NCBI GenBank assembly: GCA_902524805.1
Contig: CABZES010000003.1
Location: 30,574 to 94,573 of the forward strand
Reading direction: 5' to 3'
Source of the DNA: an uncultured SAR86 cluster bacterium
Lineage (GTDB): Bacteria; Pseudomonadota; Gammaproteobacteria; Magnimaribacterales; AG-339-G14
DNA length: 64,000 bases
Both the position numbers and the translations under genes were made by a program. The first letter of the stretch is position 1, and every line of letters begins with the position of its first letter. Below the pieces are notes generated by a model that saw only the letters and a program-made list of their open reading frames with translations, was not told where the DNA came from and did no database searches. Positions 40,246 to 49,504 of this stretch are shown here, one piece after another.

Positions 40246-40824
40246 TTAGTAATTTTTCTTAAGATTTTCTATAAAACTTAACTGCTGAGTTTTATCTAAA
40301 GAAGAAATATTTTCTTCTAACTTAGGCGTAGCTGGATTCTCGAATTTTTCTCCTGAAAGCCAAGCTTCAATCAATAAATCAAATTTATTTTCAAATTCTT
40401 TTAATGCAGTCTGTTCAGATTCGTTTTGAAGAAGAAACCATCCTGTTTTTAATCCAGCATGATAAACAATTGGATGAGACCAATTATGTTCAGTAGGCGC
40501 ATCACAAAAAGTCGAAGCCTCTTTAAAGCATTTTTCTAGACTTAGAATGCCATTAGCTTCCAAAGTTAAGAATTTGCATTTTTGAAGAACAGAACTTAAA
40601 GACGGCAAGTATTCAGAAGTGCTCATAATGTCATCAATACTTTTAAAAATAATTTCATTTTTAAATAATGAAAGTTTTTTTAACCATAATTGTTTTGCCA
40701 GTTTGAGACTATCTGGATCAGGAAACGCCTTATGAAATTGGTTGTGATAAGTAATTTCTAGTTGAGTGAATACGACGTTGATTAAGTCTACAGGATTTTC
40801 TGGAATTTTAATTTTAGTATTCAA
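40246..40824 (-). CDS. phage lambda P-like (replicative helicase loader family) protein, chromosomal
   Basis: 192 aa with a TTG start inside the last codons of the upstream gene. Co-linear with my recollection of lambda P: LINVVFTQLEITY / IINGVFSQLLATF, YLPSLSSVLQKC / FLPSPGQFVAWC, GILSLEKCFKEASTFC / GLPNVSELVDMVYEYC. No profile search was possible. Confidence 0.5.
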   Translation of the reverse strand: MNTKIKIPENPVDLINVVFTQLEITYHNQFHKAFPDPDSLKLAKQLWLKKLSLFKNEIIFKSIDDIMSTSEYLPSLSSVLQKCKFLTLEANGILSLEKCFKEASTFCDAPTEHNWSHPIVYHAGLKTGWFLLQNESEQTALKEFENKFDLLIEAWLSGEKFENPATPKLEENISSLDKTQQLSFIENLKKNY

Positions 40825-41755
40825 CTGCCCACTCTTTATCTGTTAATCTGGAAATTATACCTGAGGACTTAGAATTATTTTTAAACCACCTATATTTTAC
40901 GTGTTGGATAAATTTTGAATTCCATGAAGTCATAACCTGATTTGAATCAAGCCAATATATCTTGAATTCTGGTATTTGATCTTTAGCAAATTTTTCATCA
41001 ATTCTGGCTAACTTTATAACATCCAAACAGTTTTGATTTGGCATCCAATCATGCGTCATTTTTTTAGGAGAAACATTGTCTTCGATAATGTTTTTATATC
41101 TTGCCCATTGTCTTCTGACATGATTTATGAAAATAGAATTCCATTCGTTAGATTTAAACTGTTTCTCTGTCCAATAAACTATAAATTCTGGAATACATTT
41201 TTTGATAAAATCAGATTCCATATCGGCAGATTCTAGAATTGATATTACGTCTTCAGACGGAGTCCAATCTTTTTCGATTAAAACCTTTTCTGCCTCAGTC
41301 TTTTCTTTTTTCTCTTCTTGTCGCCATGCCCTGATTAAATATTTAAGCAGTTGAAAATTTGTTTTAAAGTCTGATTCCAAATTTTTATTTGAGGCTTTGA
41401 AAAGGCTAGAATGAAACTGAATAAATTCCTCTGTCATACCGAGGCTTTTGGCCTGAGTAAGAACATCGTTATGAACTTTTAATTTAAGATCGTTATCGTT
41501 ATTTTCTTTTTTTAAATTTGCTCTGATACTGTTTTTTAATACAAATTCGGAGTTTAATTTTTCAATCAACTCTAGTACTAATAATTTAGACAAAGCATTT
41601 TTAATTTTTTCTTGTGATAAAAAATTTAATTTTTTAAATAAACTTTCTTCATTAAGTTTGAAGCTTTCAATTAAACTTAAGATTATGGCTTCTTCAAGCC
41701 CTAAAGATGAGGCAATTTCTGGTGAAAAAAAAATTTTTTTTAAGTCTTTAGACAT
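40814..41755 (-). CDS. putative DNA-binding protein: N-terminal helical (winged-helix-like) region plus tandem DnaT C-terminal-like repeats
   Basis: 313 aa. Two clear copies of DW-x-P...F...IPEF-x-(I/V)YW...W-N-S-x-F-I-x-HV...W, matching the E. coli DnaT C-terminus (DWQPDADF...[21 protein letters not shown]) as I remember it, plus one degenerate upstream copy. Starts 3 nt after the DAHP synthase stop. Confidence 0.5.
   Translation of the reverse strand: MSKDLKKIFFSPEIASSLGLEEAIILSLIESFKLNEESLFKKLNFLSQEKIKNALSKLLVLELIEKLNSEFVLKNSIRANLKKENNDNDLKLKVHNDVLTQAKSLGMTEEFIQFHSSLFKASNKNLESDFKTNFQLLKYLIRAWRQEEKKEKTEAEKVLIEKDWTPSEDVISILESADMESDFIKKCIPEFIVYWTEKQFKSNEWNSIFINHVRRQWARYKNIIEDNVSPKKMTHDWMPNQNCLDVIKLARIDEKFAKDQIPEFKIYWLDSNQVMTSWNSKFIQHVKYRWFKNNSKSSGIISRLTDKEWAVEY
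40883..41482 (-). repeat. intragenic tandem domain repeat: copies at 41096-41269 and 40883-41050, degenerate copy at 41318-41482
   Basis: Hand alignment of residues 163-221 against 236-294 gives 20 identical positions in 59 ungapped columns. The upstream copy keeps only the F...F...W pattern. Confidence 0.6.
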
Positions 41756-41758
41756 TAC

Positions 41759-42829
41759 TCAAGCAGATTTCTCTAGATTTTTTCTTCTAGATTTTACTGC
41801 TGAAGCCAAGAGATTTAGCATGATTTCTGTATCTTCCCAACTAACACAAGCATCTGTAATGCTTTGTCCGTAAGTAAGATCTTCTTTTGGCCCAATAGAC
41901 TGATTTCCTTCTATGAGATGACTTTCTATCATGACACCAAAAATGGACTCTTCGCCAGAAGAAATTTGGTCAGCAACATCTTTGTTGACTAACAACTGTT
42001 TTTTAAACTGCTTTTGACTATTGCCGTGACTCATATCTATCATCAATGCAGCTGGATTTCCTGACTTAGATAAAATACTGGAGGTTTCTTTGATAAATTT
42101 ACTTTCAAAATTAGGCAATTTTCCACCTCGTAAAATAACATGACAATCTTTATTGCCTGATGAATTAAAAATTGCAGATTTTCCTTCTTTAGTTATTGAA
42201 AGGAAAATATGAGGCTGAGATGCCGAACCAATTGCATCTATAGCAACTTGGATGGAACCATTTGTAGAATTTTTAAAGCCAACTGGGCAAGAAAGACCTG
42301 AGGCAAGCTCTCTATGAACTTGACTTTCCGTTGTCCTCGCCCCGATTGCTCCCCAAGAGATTAAATCAGAAATATATTGCGGAGTAATAATATCTAAATA
42401 CTCAGTAGCGGCGGGCAAGCCGATTTCATTAATCTCGAGAAGTATTTTTCTAGCTGCCCTAAGGCCTTTGTTAACATCATAACTATCGTCTAGATTGGGA
42501 TCATTAATCAAACCCTTCCACCCAACTGTTGTTCTGGGTTTTTCAAAATAAACTCTCATAATAATTTTTAATTCAGAGCTTAATGAAGATTCTAAGCGCT
42601 TAAGTTTTTTTGCGTATTCAATTGCCGCTTTTGGGTCATGAATAGAACATGGACCAACTACAACAACAAGCTTGTCATCTTTGCCATGAATTATGTCTGA
42701 AATATTTTGTCTTGATTTAAAAACTAACTCTGAAACAGCCGGTGTAATAGGAAATTCTGATATAACTTCATTAGGAGGAGAGACCTCCAAAAGGCCTGTT
42801 ATTCTGGTATTATCGGTCAAATATTGCAT
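41759..42829 (-). CDS. 3-deoxy-7-phosphoheptulonate (DAHP) synthase, class I (AroF/G/H type; isozyme not assignable)
   Basis: 356 aa with VVVGPCSIHDPKAA, KPRTTVGWKGL and IGARTTESQ motifs. Confidence 0.93.
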   Translation of the reverse strand: MQYLTDNTRITGLLEVSPPNEVISEFPITPAVSELVFKSRQNISDIIHGKDDKLVVVVGPCSIHDPKAAIEYAKKLKRLESSLSSELKIIMRVYFEKPRTTVGWKGLINDPNLDDSYDVNKGLRAARKILLEINEIGLPAATEYLDIITPQYISDLISWGAIGARTTESQVHRELASGLSCPVGFKNSTNGSIQVAIDAIGSASQPHIFLSITKEGKSAIFNSSGNKDCHVILRGGKLPNFESKFIKETSSILSKSGNPAALMIDMSHGNSQKQFKKQLLVNKDVADQISSGEESIFGVMIESHLIEGNQSIGPKEDLTYGQSITDACVSWEDTEIMLNLLASAVKSRRKNLEKSA

Positions 42830-42887
42830 AACAAAGTTGTTGATTGTATCTATTCTATTCTAAATTGAAAATCAAAATTTAAAAAAA

Positions 42888-44501
42888 ATGATAAAAATTA
42901 AATTAATTCAAGAAAATCCTGTTGTTGGAGATATTTCAGGAAATCTTGCCAAGGCGAAAGAAGAAATAATTATTGCGAAAAAAAATAACGTTAATTTGAT
43001 AATTTTCAGTGAGATGTTTCTTTGTGGCTATCCTCCTGAGGACTTGGTTTTAAGGTCAGACTTTATAAAGAAGATAGAAGACTCAATTAAAGAATTAATC
43101 AAATTAACAGCAGATATCTCGGTAATTATGGGTGCGCCATCAAAGGAAAATGACAATATCTTAAATTCAGCTTATTTTTTAGAAAAAAATGAAGTAAAAC
43201 TAATTTATTCGAAACAAATTCTACCAAATTATAAAGAATTTGACGAAAGAAGATATTTTAGTCCTGGAAAAGAAAATAAAATCATTGGATTTAATGGAAT
43301 TAAATTTGGTTTATCTATTTGTGAAGATATTTGGTCGGAGGATTATGTTTCAAATTTAGTGTCTGAGGGCGCCGAAGCCATTATTAATTTGAGCGCGTCT
43401 CCTTTTACTATTTCTAAAAAAACGACCAGAGAAAAGATGCTTTCTTCTTACGTAAACAAACACAATGTTCCGATAATATACGTAAATCAGGTTGGAGGTC
43501 AGGATGAACTAGTTTTCGATGGATCATCGATGATTTTTTCTCCAAATGATACTCAAATTTTTAGTTTAAAAAGCTTTAAAAATGACACAAAAGAAATTGA
43601 AATAACAAAAAAAGAAAATTTAGAGCTTAATATCCTCGACAGTCAAGAAAATGATTATGATGAATTAGAAGATATCTACAATGCTTTGGTGTTGGGTACA
43701 AAAGATTATGTCGATAAAAATGGCTTCAAAGGAATCATTATAGGTTCGTCTGGAGGCATTGACTCAGCCTTAACAGCAACGATTGCTCACGATGCTTTAG
43801 GCGCTTCTAGAGTAAATACTGTAATGATGCCATTTGATTATACAGCTGACATGAGCATTGAGGATGCAAAAGAATTGGCAGATAACCTTTCTATCAATCA
43901 TTCAGTCATTTCTATCAAAGAAATATATGAATCTTTTTTCAATGCTTTAAAACCCTCCTTTGAAAATACCGAAACGGATAAGACTGAAGAAAACTTACAA
44001 TCTCGTTGCAGAGGTGTGACATTAATGGCTCTTTCTAATAAGTTGGGTTACTTGGTTCTTACTACTGGAAATAAAAGTGAGGCTGCTGTTGGATATTCAA
44101 CTTTATATGGCGATACAGCAGGGGGTTTTTCCGTTTTAAAAGACGTAAGTAAAACCCTGGTTTATGAGCTATCGAAATATAGAAATTTAAAGAATGTAGT
44201 GATCCCAAAAAGGATAATTGAAAGAGCTCCTTCAGCTGAGCTAGCGCCGGATCAAAAAGATACAGATTCTTTGCCTGACTATAGTATTTTGGATCCTATC
44301 ATTGAAATGTATGTCGAAATGGATTTGAGTCCAAATGACATAATAGCGAAAGGATACAAAGAGGAGGAAGTAAGAAGAATCTTGAGATTGATTGATTTAA
44401 ACGAATATAAAAGAAGACAAGTTCCTATAGGAATTAAAATATCTGATAGAAACTTTGGAAAAGATAGAAGATATCCAATTACGAACGGTTGGAAGCCCTA
44501 A
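42888..44501 (+). CDS. nadE: glutamine-dependent NAD+ synthetase
   Basis: N-terminal nitrilase/CN-hydrolase domain (GLSICEDIW) plus a C-terminal N-type ATP-PPase (GSSGGIDSAL). Confidence 0.93.
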   Translation: MIKIKLIQENPVVGDISGNLAKAKEEIIIAKKNNVNLIIFSEMFLCGYPPEDLVLRSDFIKKIEDSIKELIKLTADISVIMGAPSKENDNILNSAYFLEKNEVKLIYSKQILPNYKEFDERRYFSPGKENKIIGFNGIKFGLSICEDIWSEDYVSNLVSEGAEAIINLSASPFTISKKTTREKMLSSYVNKHNVPIIYVNQVGGQDELVFDGSSMIFSPNDTQIFSLKSFKNDTKEIEITKKENLELNILDSQENDYDELEDIYNALVLGTKDYVDKNGFKGIIIGSSGGIDSALTATIAHDALGASRVNTVMMPFDYTADMSIEDAKELADNLSINHSVISIKEIYESFFNALKPSFENTETDKTEENLQSRCRGVTLMALSNKLGYLVLTTGNKSEAAVGYSTLYGDTAGGFSVLKDVSKTLVYELSKYRNLKNVVIPKRIIERAPSAELAPDQKDTDSLPDYSILDPIIEMYVEMDLSPNDIIAKGYKEEEVRRILRLIDLNEYKRRQVPIGIKISDRNFGKDRRYPITNGWKP

Positions 44502-44576
44502 ATGTGGGGTAGAAAAGTATAAAAAGCACTACATAGTGTGTAAAAAGCCTTTTTGCCTTATAATTGCGCTATATTT

Positions 44577-45392
44577 ATGGATAAAACAACTGTTATTCAG
44601 CCAATACAAGCTGAATTTAACCTTGCAATTCTAAATGGCGAGGAGATATCTCTGCCCACAGATGATTTATACATCCCACCTAATGCACTAAAAATTTTTC
44701 TAGAATCTTTTGAGGGACCTTTAGACCTTCTTTTGTATTTTATAAAAAAACAAAATTTAAATATCTTAGAAGTAGATGTTTCAAAAATTACAGATCAATA
44801 TGTTCAATACATAGAGTTGATGGAAAAAATACAGTTTGATTTGGTTGGAGAATATTTGGTGATGGCTGCCTATTTGACAGAAATAAAATCAAGGATGATG
44901 CTCCCTAAAGAATTTGATGAAGAAAATGAAGAAAATGATCCAAGATCAGAGCTTATTAGAAGACTTCAAGAGTATGAGCGTTACAAAGAAGCATCAAATA
45001 ATCTTGAGGAATTACCAAGAGTTAATAGAGATTTTTATGTTGCATCTTCAGCTTTGCCTGAATTTCAATCTAAAGAGAACCTTCCTTCAGTTGATCTTTC
45101 TCAGATTGCCCAAGTATTTGCTGAATTGATCGAAAGGCAAAAATTAAACGTTAGCCATGTTATAGAATTTGAAAAACTTTCTACAAGAGAAAAAATGACC
45201 TACATATTAGAACTCTTGATAAATGAAAAATATTTAGATTTTTTTAAAATTTGTCTTAAAGAAGAAGGAAAAATAGGAATTATCGTAAACTTTTTAGCAA
45301 TGTTGGAATTAGTAAAAGACTCTTTAATAACATTAATCCAGTCTGAAGATTTCGGTCAAATCCATTTATCGGCGAAAGAGGAAATTCATTAA
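44577..45392 (+). CDS. scpA: segregation and condensation protein A (kleisin)
   Basis: FEGPLDLLLYFIKKQNLNILEVDVSKITDQY. I prefer the ATG at 44577 (MDKTT...) to the TTG at 44553. Confidence 0.88.
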   Translation: MDKTTVIQPIQAEFNLAILNGEEISLPTDDLYIPPNALKIFLESFEGPLDLLLYFIKKQNLNILEVDVSKITDQYVQYIELMEKIQFDLVGEYLVMAAYLTEIKSRMMLPKEFDEENEENDPRSELIRRLQEYERYKEASNNLEELPRVNRDFYVASSALPEFQSKENLPSVDLSQIAQVFAELIERQKLNVSHVIEFEKLSTREKMTYILELLINEKYLDFFKICLKEEGKIGIIVNFLAMLELVKDSLITLIQSEDFGQIHLSAKEEIH

Positions 45393-45393
45393 C

Positions 45394-45984
45394 ATGAATG
45401 AAAATATTGAAAAGATAGTCGAATCTCTTTTGCTTTCGTCCTCGAGACCTCTCTCTGTGTCTGAAATTTTAAAAGTATTTGACGATGCCGAAGGAGTAGA
45501 TATTGGAGACATTAAAAAAGCTTTAAGTAGTCTAAAAGAATTTTATTCAGATCGAAGTATTGAGCTTGTAAAAGTGGCAAATGGATTTAGGTTGAAAGCA
45601 AAGCAAGAATACTCAATGTGGATTTCCAAACTTTGGGAAACCAAACCTCAAAAGTATTCTCGCGCAATGATGGAAACTTTAGCCTTGATAGCCTATAAAC
45701 AACCTATTACAAGAGCGGAAATTGAAGAAGTAAGAGGTGTTTCAGTCAGTAGTCAGATAATAAGAAATTTAATGGATAGAGGCTGGATAAAGGTAGTCGG
45801 CCATAGAGATGTTCCAGGAAGACCTTCATTGCTTTCTACAACAAAAGACTTTTTAGATGACTTGAATTTAAGGACGTTATCGGATTTACCTGACCTACCG
45901 GATATAGGAAACATTCCGGAAGAAGTGCAGATGCCACTTCTTATAGAAGAGCAAAAAGAGGAAAAAACCTCTATACAGGAATAA
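45394..45984 (+). CDS. scpB: segregation and condensation protein B
   Basis: 196 aa with ETLALIAYKQPITRAEIEEVRGV and GRPSLLSTT motifs. Confidence 0.9.
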   Translation: MNENIEKIVESLLLSSSRPLSVSEILKVFDDAEGVDIGDIKKALSSLKEFYSDRSIELVKVANGFRLKAKQEYSMWISKLWETKPQKYSRAMMETLALIAYKQPITRAEIEEVRGVSVSSQIIRNLMDRGWIKVVGHRDVPGRPSLLSTTKDFLDDLNLRTLSDLPDLPDIGNIPEEVQMPLLIEEQKEEKTSIQE

Positions 45985-45986
45985 AA

Positions 45987-46697
45987 ATGTCAGTGCGCCT
46001 GCAAAAGGCAATTGCTGATGCCGGCATAACTTCAAGGCGAAAAGCAGAAACGTTAATTGAATCTGGAAGAGTATTCTTAAATGATAAAAAGGCTAAATTG
46101 GGTGATAAATATCTTTCTGGAGATAAAATCTTTATCGATGGCAAAGAAATAAAATTTAATCAGCCTAAACAAAGGCTTATTATTTATCACAAACCAATCG
46201 GAGAGATATGCTCTAAATCAGGATATGGCAAACCTACTGTTTTCGACAATCTGCCTCCATTAAAAAACTCTAGATGGATTGCTTTGGGCAGATTAGATAT
46301 AAATACCAGTGGGTTGCTTCTTTTTTCAAATGATGGAGTGCTGGCGAATCAAATAATCCATCCAAAAAAACAAGTAGAAAGAGAATATTTGGCTCGAATT
46401 AGAGGAAAACCTACGGATGAAGATCTAAAAAAGCTTCTAAATGGATTTAAGATAGAAGGAGATTTCTTAAAATTTACAGACATTGTTAGAGGAAGAACTA
46501 CCAAGTCACACACCTGGTTTGCAATGGTCATTATGGAAGGAAAAAACAGAGCAGTGAGAAAATTATGGAATTCCCTTGGTTTTGAAGTTTCTAGATTAAA
46601 AAGAACAAGGTTAGGACACATCTTTTTACCTGCAGATCTTCCTTCCAGAAATTTTAGAGACTTAGAAGAAAAAGATATTAAAGTTTTTATTAAATAA
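45987..46697 (+). CDS. rluB: 23S rRNA pseudouridine synthase (RluB/RsuA family)
   Basis: S4 domain (RLQKAIADAGITSRRKAE) and catalytic GRLDINTSGLLLFSNDG. Confidence 0.88.
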   Translation: MSVRLQKAIADAGITSRRKAETLIESGRVFLNDKKAKLGDKYLSGDKIFIDGKEIKFNQPKQRLIIYHKPIGEICSKSGYGKPTVFDNLPPLKNSRWIALGRLDINTSGLLLFSNDGVLANQIIHPKKQVEREYLARIRGKPTDEDLKKLLNGFKIEGDFLKFTDIVRGRTTKSHTWFAMVIMEGKNRAVRKLWNSLGFEVSRLKRTRLGHIFLPADLPSRNFRDLEEKDIKVFIK

Positions 46698-47355
46698 AAG
46701 AAAGAATTTCTCTAATATTTTTTATGTTGAAACCTTTTGTGTTCAAGGGATAATTTCCTGTTTTTACATAACCATACTCAGCGAAAATAGGAGTAATTTT
46801 TGCGTTTTTAGCAGCTTCAAGATCTCGCCAATTATCTCCAATATAAACAGTTTCTTTGGCATTATGGTTTAACGCTTTAAGAGCGAAATTAAGTGGCGCA
46901 GGGTCAGGTTTTCGAAGGTTTTTTACGTCGTCAGGGCATACTAATATTTTTGCTTTTTTATCCCATCCCAAAGATTTAAAAATTTCTTCTGAAAATACTC
47001 TTGGCTTGTTAGTAACTATTCCCCAATTTATTTGCTTTTTTTCAAAATAAGAAATGACTTCTTCAACTCCGTCGAAAGATTCAGAATTCAAATAAACCTT
47101 TTCATATGCTTGTAAGAGAATATTTCTTTTTTCTTCAAAATTTTCATTTTGCTCGTCAATATCGAACCCAAGAGAAACTAAAGCGCCAGCTCCATCGGAA
47201 ACCTTTTCTCTAACGTTCTCAAAGCTTTGAGAAGGTTTATTTTCTTTATCTAAAACCTCATTCAATGCGACATGAAACTCTCTTGCTGTATCTAAAAGTG
47301 TTCCGTCTAAATCAAAAAGAAATAAATTAAAATTTTTATTTAGATTTTTCTGCAT
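46690..47355 (-). CDS. HAD-superfamily phosphatase (phosphoglycolate phosphatase / MupP-like)
   Basis: Motif I FLFDLDGTLLDT and motif IV YIGDNWRDLEAA; sits in the conserved position after ubiG. Confidence 0.8.
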   Translation of the reverse strand: MQKNLNKNFNLFLFDLDGTLLDTAREFHVALNEVLDKENKPSQSFENVREKVSDGAGALVSLGFDIDEQNENFEEKRNILLQAYEKVYLNSESFDGVEEVISYFEKKQINWGIVTNKPRVFSEEIFKSLGWDKKAKILVCPDDVKNLRKPDPAPLNFALKALNHNAKETVYIGDNWRDLEAAKNAKITPIFAEYGYVKTGNYPLNTKGFNIKNIREILSFI

Positions 47356-48031
47356 GGATCATATAGTTGACATCAACATCCTTTCCAAGCCAATACTTTT
47401 TGGTAAGTGGGTTATAGCTCATACCTATAATTTCCTTAACCTCAAGATTTGAATTTCTCATCATATTTGAGAGCTCTGAAGGCTTAAGAAATTTTTTGAA
47501 CTCATGTGTCCCTTTTGGCAATAAATTTAAAATATATTCCGCTCCAATAATTGCAAAAAGAAAAGATTTTGGATTTCTATTAATAGTTGAAAATACTATG
47601 GTGCCACCAGGCTTGCACAAATCGGAACAAGTTTTTACGAGCTGTTGTGGATCTGGCACATGCTCAATAGCCTCAAGACAAGTGACAACATCGAATGATT
47701 CTTTTTTTTCAGGTAGAAGATCTTCAGCTTCTCCATGTATATAAGTTACATCACAATTTGTTTTTTCAGCGTGAATCTGAGCAGTATTAATTGCAACGTC
47801 AGAAATATCTATTCCTGTAACGTTGGCTCCAAATTTATTTAGAGCTTCAACCAATAATCCACCTCCACAAGCAACATCAATTACATTTTTGTCTTGCAGG
47901 TTAACTTTTTCTGATACGTAGTTTGATCTAAGGGGATTGATAACGTGCAAAGGCGCAAACTTACCGTAAGGATCCCACCATTCGTCAGCTATCTTATTAA
48001 ATTTTTCTTTTTCAGAAGGATCGATATTCAT
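47336..48031 (-). CDS. ubiG: bifunctional 3-demethylubiquinol 3-O-methyltransferase / 2-polyprenyl-6-hydroxyphenol methylase
   Basis: FNKIADEWWDPYGKFAPLHVINPLR and SAM motif VIDVACGGGLL. Confidence 0.93.
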   Translation of the reverse strand: MNIDPSEKEKFNKIADEWWDPYGKFAPLHVINPLRSNYVSEKVNLQDKNVIDVACGGGLLVEALNKFGANVTGIDISDVAINTAQIHAEKTNCDVTYIHGEAEDLLPEKKESFDVVTCLEAIEHVPDPQQLVKTCSDLCKPGGTIVFSTINRNPKSFLFAIIGAEYILNLLPKGTHEFKKFLKPSELSNMMRNSNLEVKEIIGMSYNPLTKKYWLGKDVDVNYMIHAEKSK

Positions 48032-48095
48032 TAGAAGAGCATTATGTTAGATTTAATAGTTTTTTGTAATTAAAATTGTGTAAATTTATATTCAT

Positions 48096-49223
48096 ATGAA
48101 AATTTTCTTTCCGAAAGAGGCTATGGTAGAAAAAAGAATTTCTATTACACCTGATTTTTTAAAAAAATATATCGCAAACGGTTTTCAAGTTTCCATAGAA
48201 AAAAGCATGGGCGAACATCTTGGATTTTTGGATGACAACTTTAAAGAACTAGGCGCAGAGATTGTTGAAAGAAAAAAAGGTTTTTTAGAAGCAGATATAA
48301 TTTGTTCGGTAAACAAGCTTAGCGAAGAAGATTTAACAGAGATAAAAGAAAATTCATTAATTGTTAGTTTCTTAGATCCTTTTAATGATCAGGAATTAGT
48401 TGAAAATTTAAGAGTAAAAAAAATCTCTTCTATAAGTATGGAATTAATTCCTAGAACTACAAGAGCTCAAAAAATGGATGCCTTAAGTTCTCAAGCTAAT
48501 TTAGGAGGTTACGCAGCAGTATTGATAGCTTCGAATATTTTATCTAAATCCTTTCCTATGATGATGACAGCCGCGGGAACAATTTCGCCGTCTAAAGTTT
48601 TTGTAGTGGGGGTTGGAGTTGCTGGACTTCAAGCCATAGCTACAGCCAAAAGGCTGGGTGCTAAAGTCGAAGCATTTGACACAAGACCAGTAGTTGAAGA
48701 ACAAGTCAAATCCTTAGGAGCAAGATTCGTTAAAATTGATATTGGAGAGACAGAGGAAACGGCGCAAGGTTACGCAAAGGAATTATCGGAAGAACAAATA
48801 AATTTACAAAGAGCTGGAATGAAAAAAGCATGCTCAAATTCAGATGTAATAATTACAACTGCGCAAGTTTTTGGCAGAAAAGCTCCAGTTATTATCACAT
48901 CAGACATGATTGAGGATATGCAACCAGGAAGTGTAATTGTGGATATGGCGGTTGGAACAGGAGGCAACGTAGAAGGTTCAGTACCAGACGAAAATCTAGA
49001 GCTAAATGGGATAACTATTGTTGGAAATACTAATCTTCCTGGAGAGGTTGCTATCCACGCAAGTCAGGTCTATTCCGCTAACATTTTTAATCTGATCGAT
49101 GAATTTTGGGATCAGAAAAATTCTATTTTGGAGATAACAACATCTGATGAAATTTTATCCGGGTGTTTGGTAACACATAAAGGAGAATTTGTGAATTCAA
49201 TGGTTAAAGAGAGGTATAGCTAA
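48096..49223 (+). CDS. pntAA: NAD(P) transhydrogenase subunit alpha part 1 (dI)
   Basis: 375 aa, alanine-dehydrogenase-like fold, Rossmann motif VVGVGVAGLQA. Confidence 0.92.
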   Translation: MKIFFPKEAMVEKRISITPDFLKKYIANGFQVSIEKSMGEHLGFLDDNFKELGAEIVERKKGFLEADIICSVNKLSEEDLTEIKENSLIVSFLDPFNDQELVENLRVKKISSISMELIPRTTRAQKMDALSSQANLGGYAAVLIASNILSKSFPMMMTAAGTISPSKVFVVGVGVAGLQAIATAKRLGAKVEAFDTRPVVEEQVKSLGARFVKIDIGETEETAQGYAKELSEEQINLQRAGMKKACSNSDVIITTAQVFGRKAPVIITSDMIEDMQPGSVIVDMAVGTGGNVEGSVPDENLELNGITIVGNTNLPGEVAIHASQVYSANIFNLIDEFWDQKNSILEITTSDEILSGCLVTHKGEFVNSMVKERYS

Positions 49224-49504
49224 TGGATAGTCTTTTTATATTATTATTATTTGTTTTAATTTTGGCCATCTTTTTAGGTTTTGAATTAATCAATAAAGTT
49301 CCATCAACACTTCATACACCACTTATGTCAGGAGCCAACGCAATATCGGGAATTACTATTGTTGGTGCAATTCTTTCATCTGGCTCTGAAAGCGTTGTCT
49401 TAACAACAATTTTAGGAACTGGCGCAGTTTTTTTCGCAACAATAAATGTTGTTGGCGGGTATCTAGTTACTAACAGAATGTTAGGAATGTTTAAAAAGAA
49501 ATGA
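49223..49504 (+). CDS. pntAB: NAD(P) transhydrogenase subunit alpha part 2 (membrane)
   Basis: 93 aa, three predicted TM helices; TAATG overlap upstream and ATGA overlap downstream. Confidence 0.9.
   Translation: MDSLFILLLFVLILAIFLGFELINKVPSTLHTPLMSGANAISGITIVGAILSSGSESVVLTTILGTGAVFFATINVVGGYLVTNRMLGMFKKK

Noticed and set aside
40168-41873. Prophage remnant, or a lambda-type origin (iterons plus an AT-rich region) inside or next to the O/P-like genes.
   Set aside because: I read both genes and the flanking spacers and saw no repeated 15-20-mers, no integrase, no tRNA and no flanking direct repeats. Composition matches the neighbours. I therefore treat the pair as domesticated rather than as a mobile element.
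44914-45129. Same-strand alternative-frame 71-aa ORF inside scpA.
   Set aside because: It is embedded in a well-supported kleisin gene, with a Lys/Leu-rich low-complexity product and no RBS.
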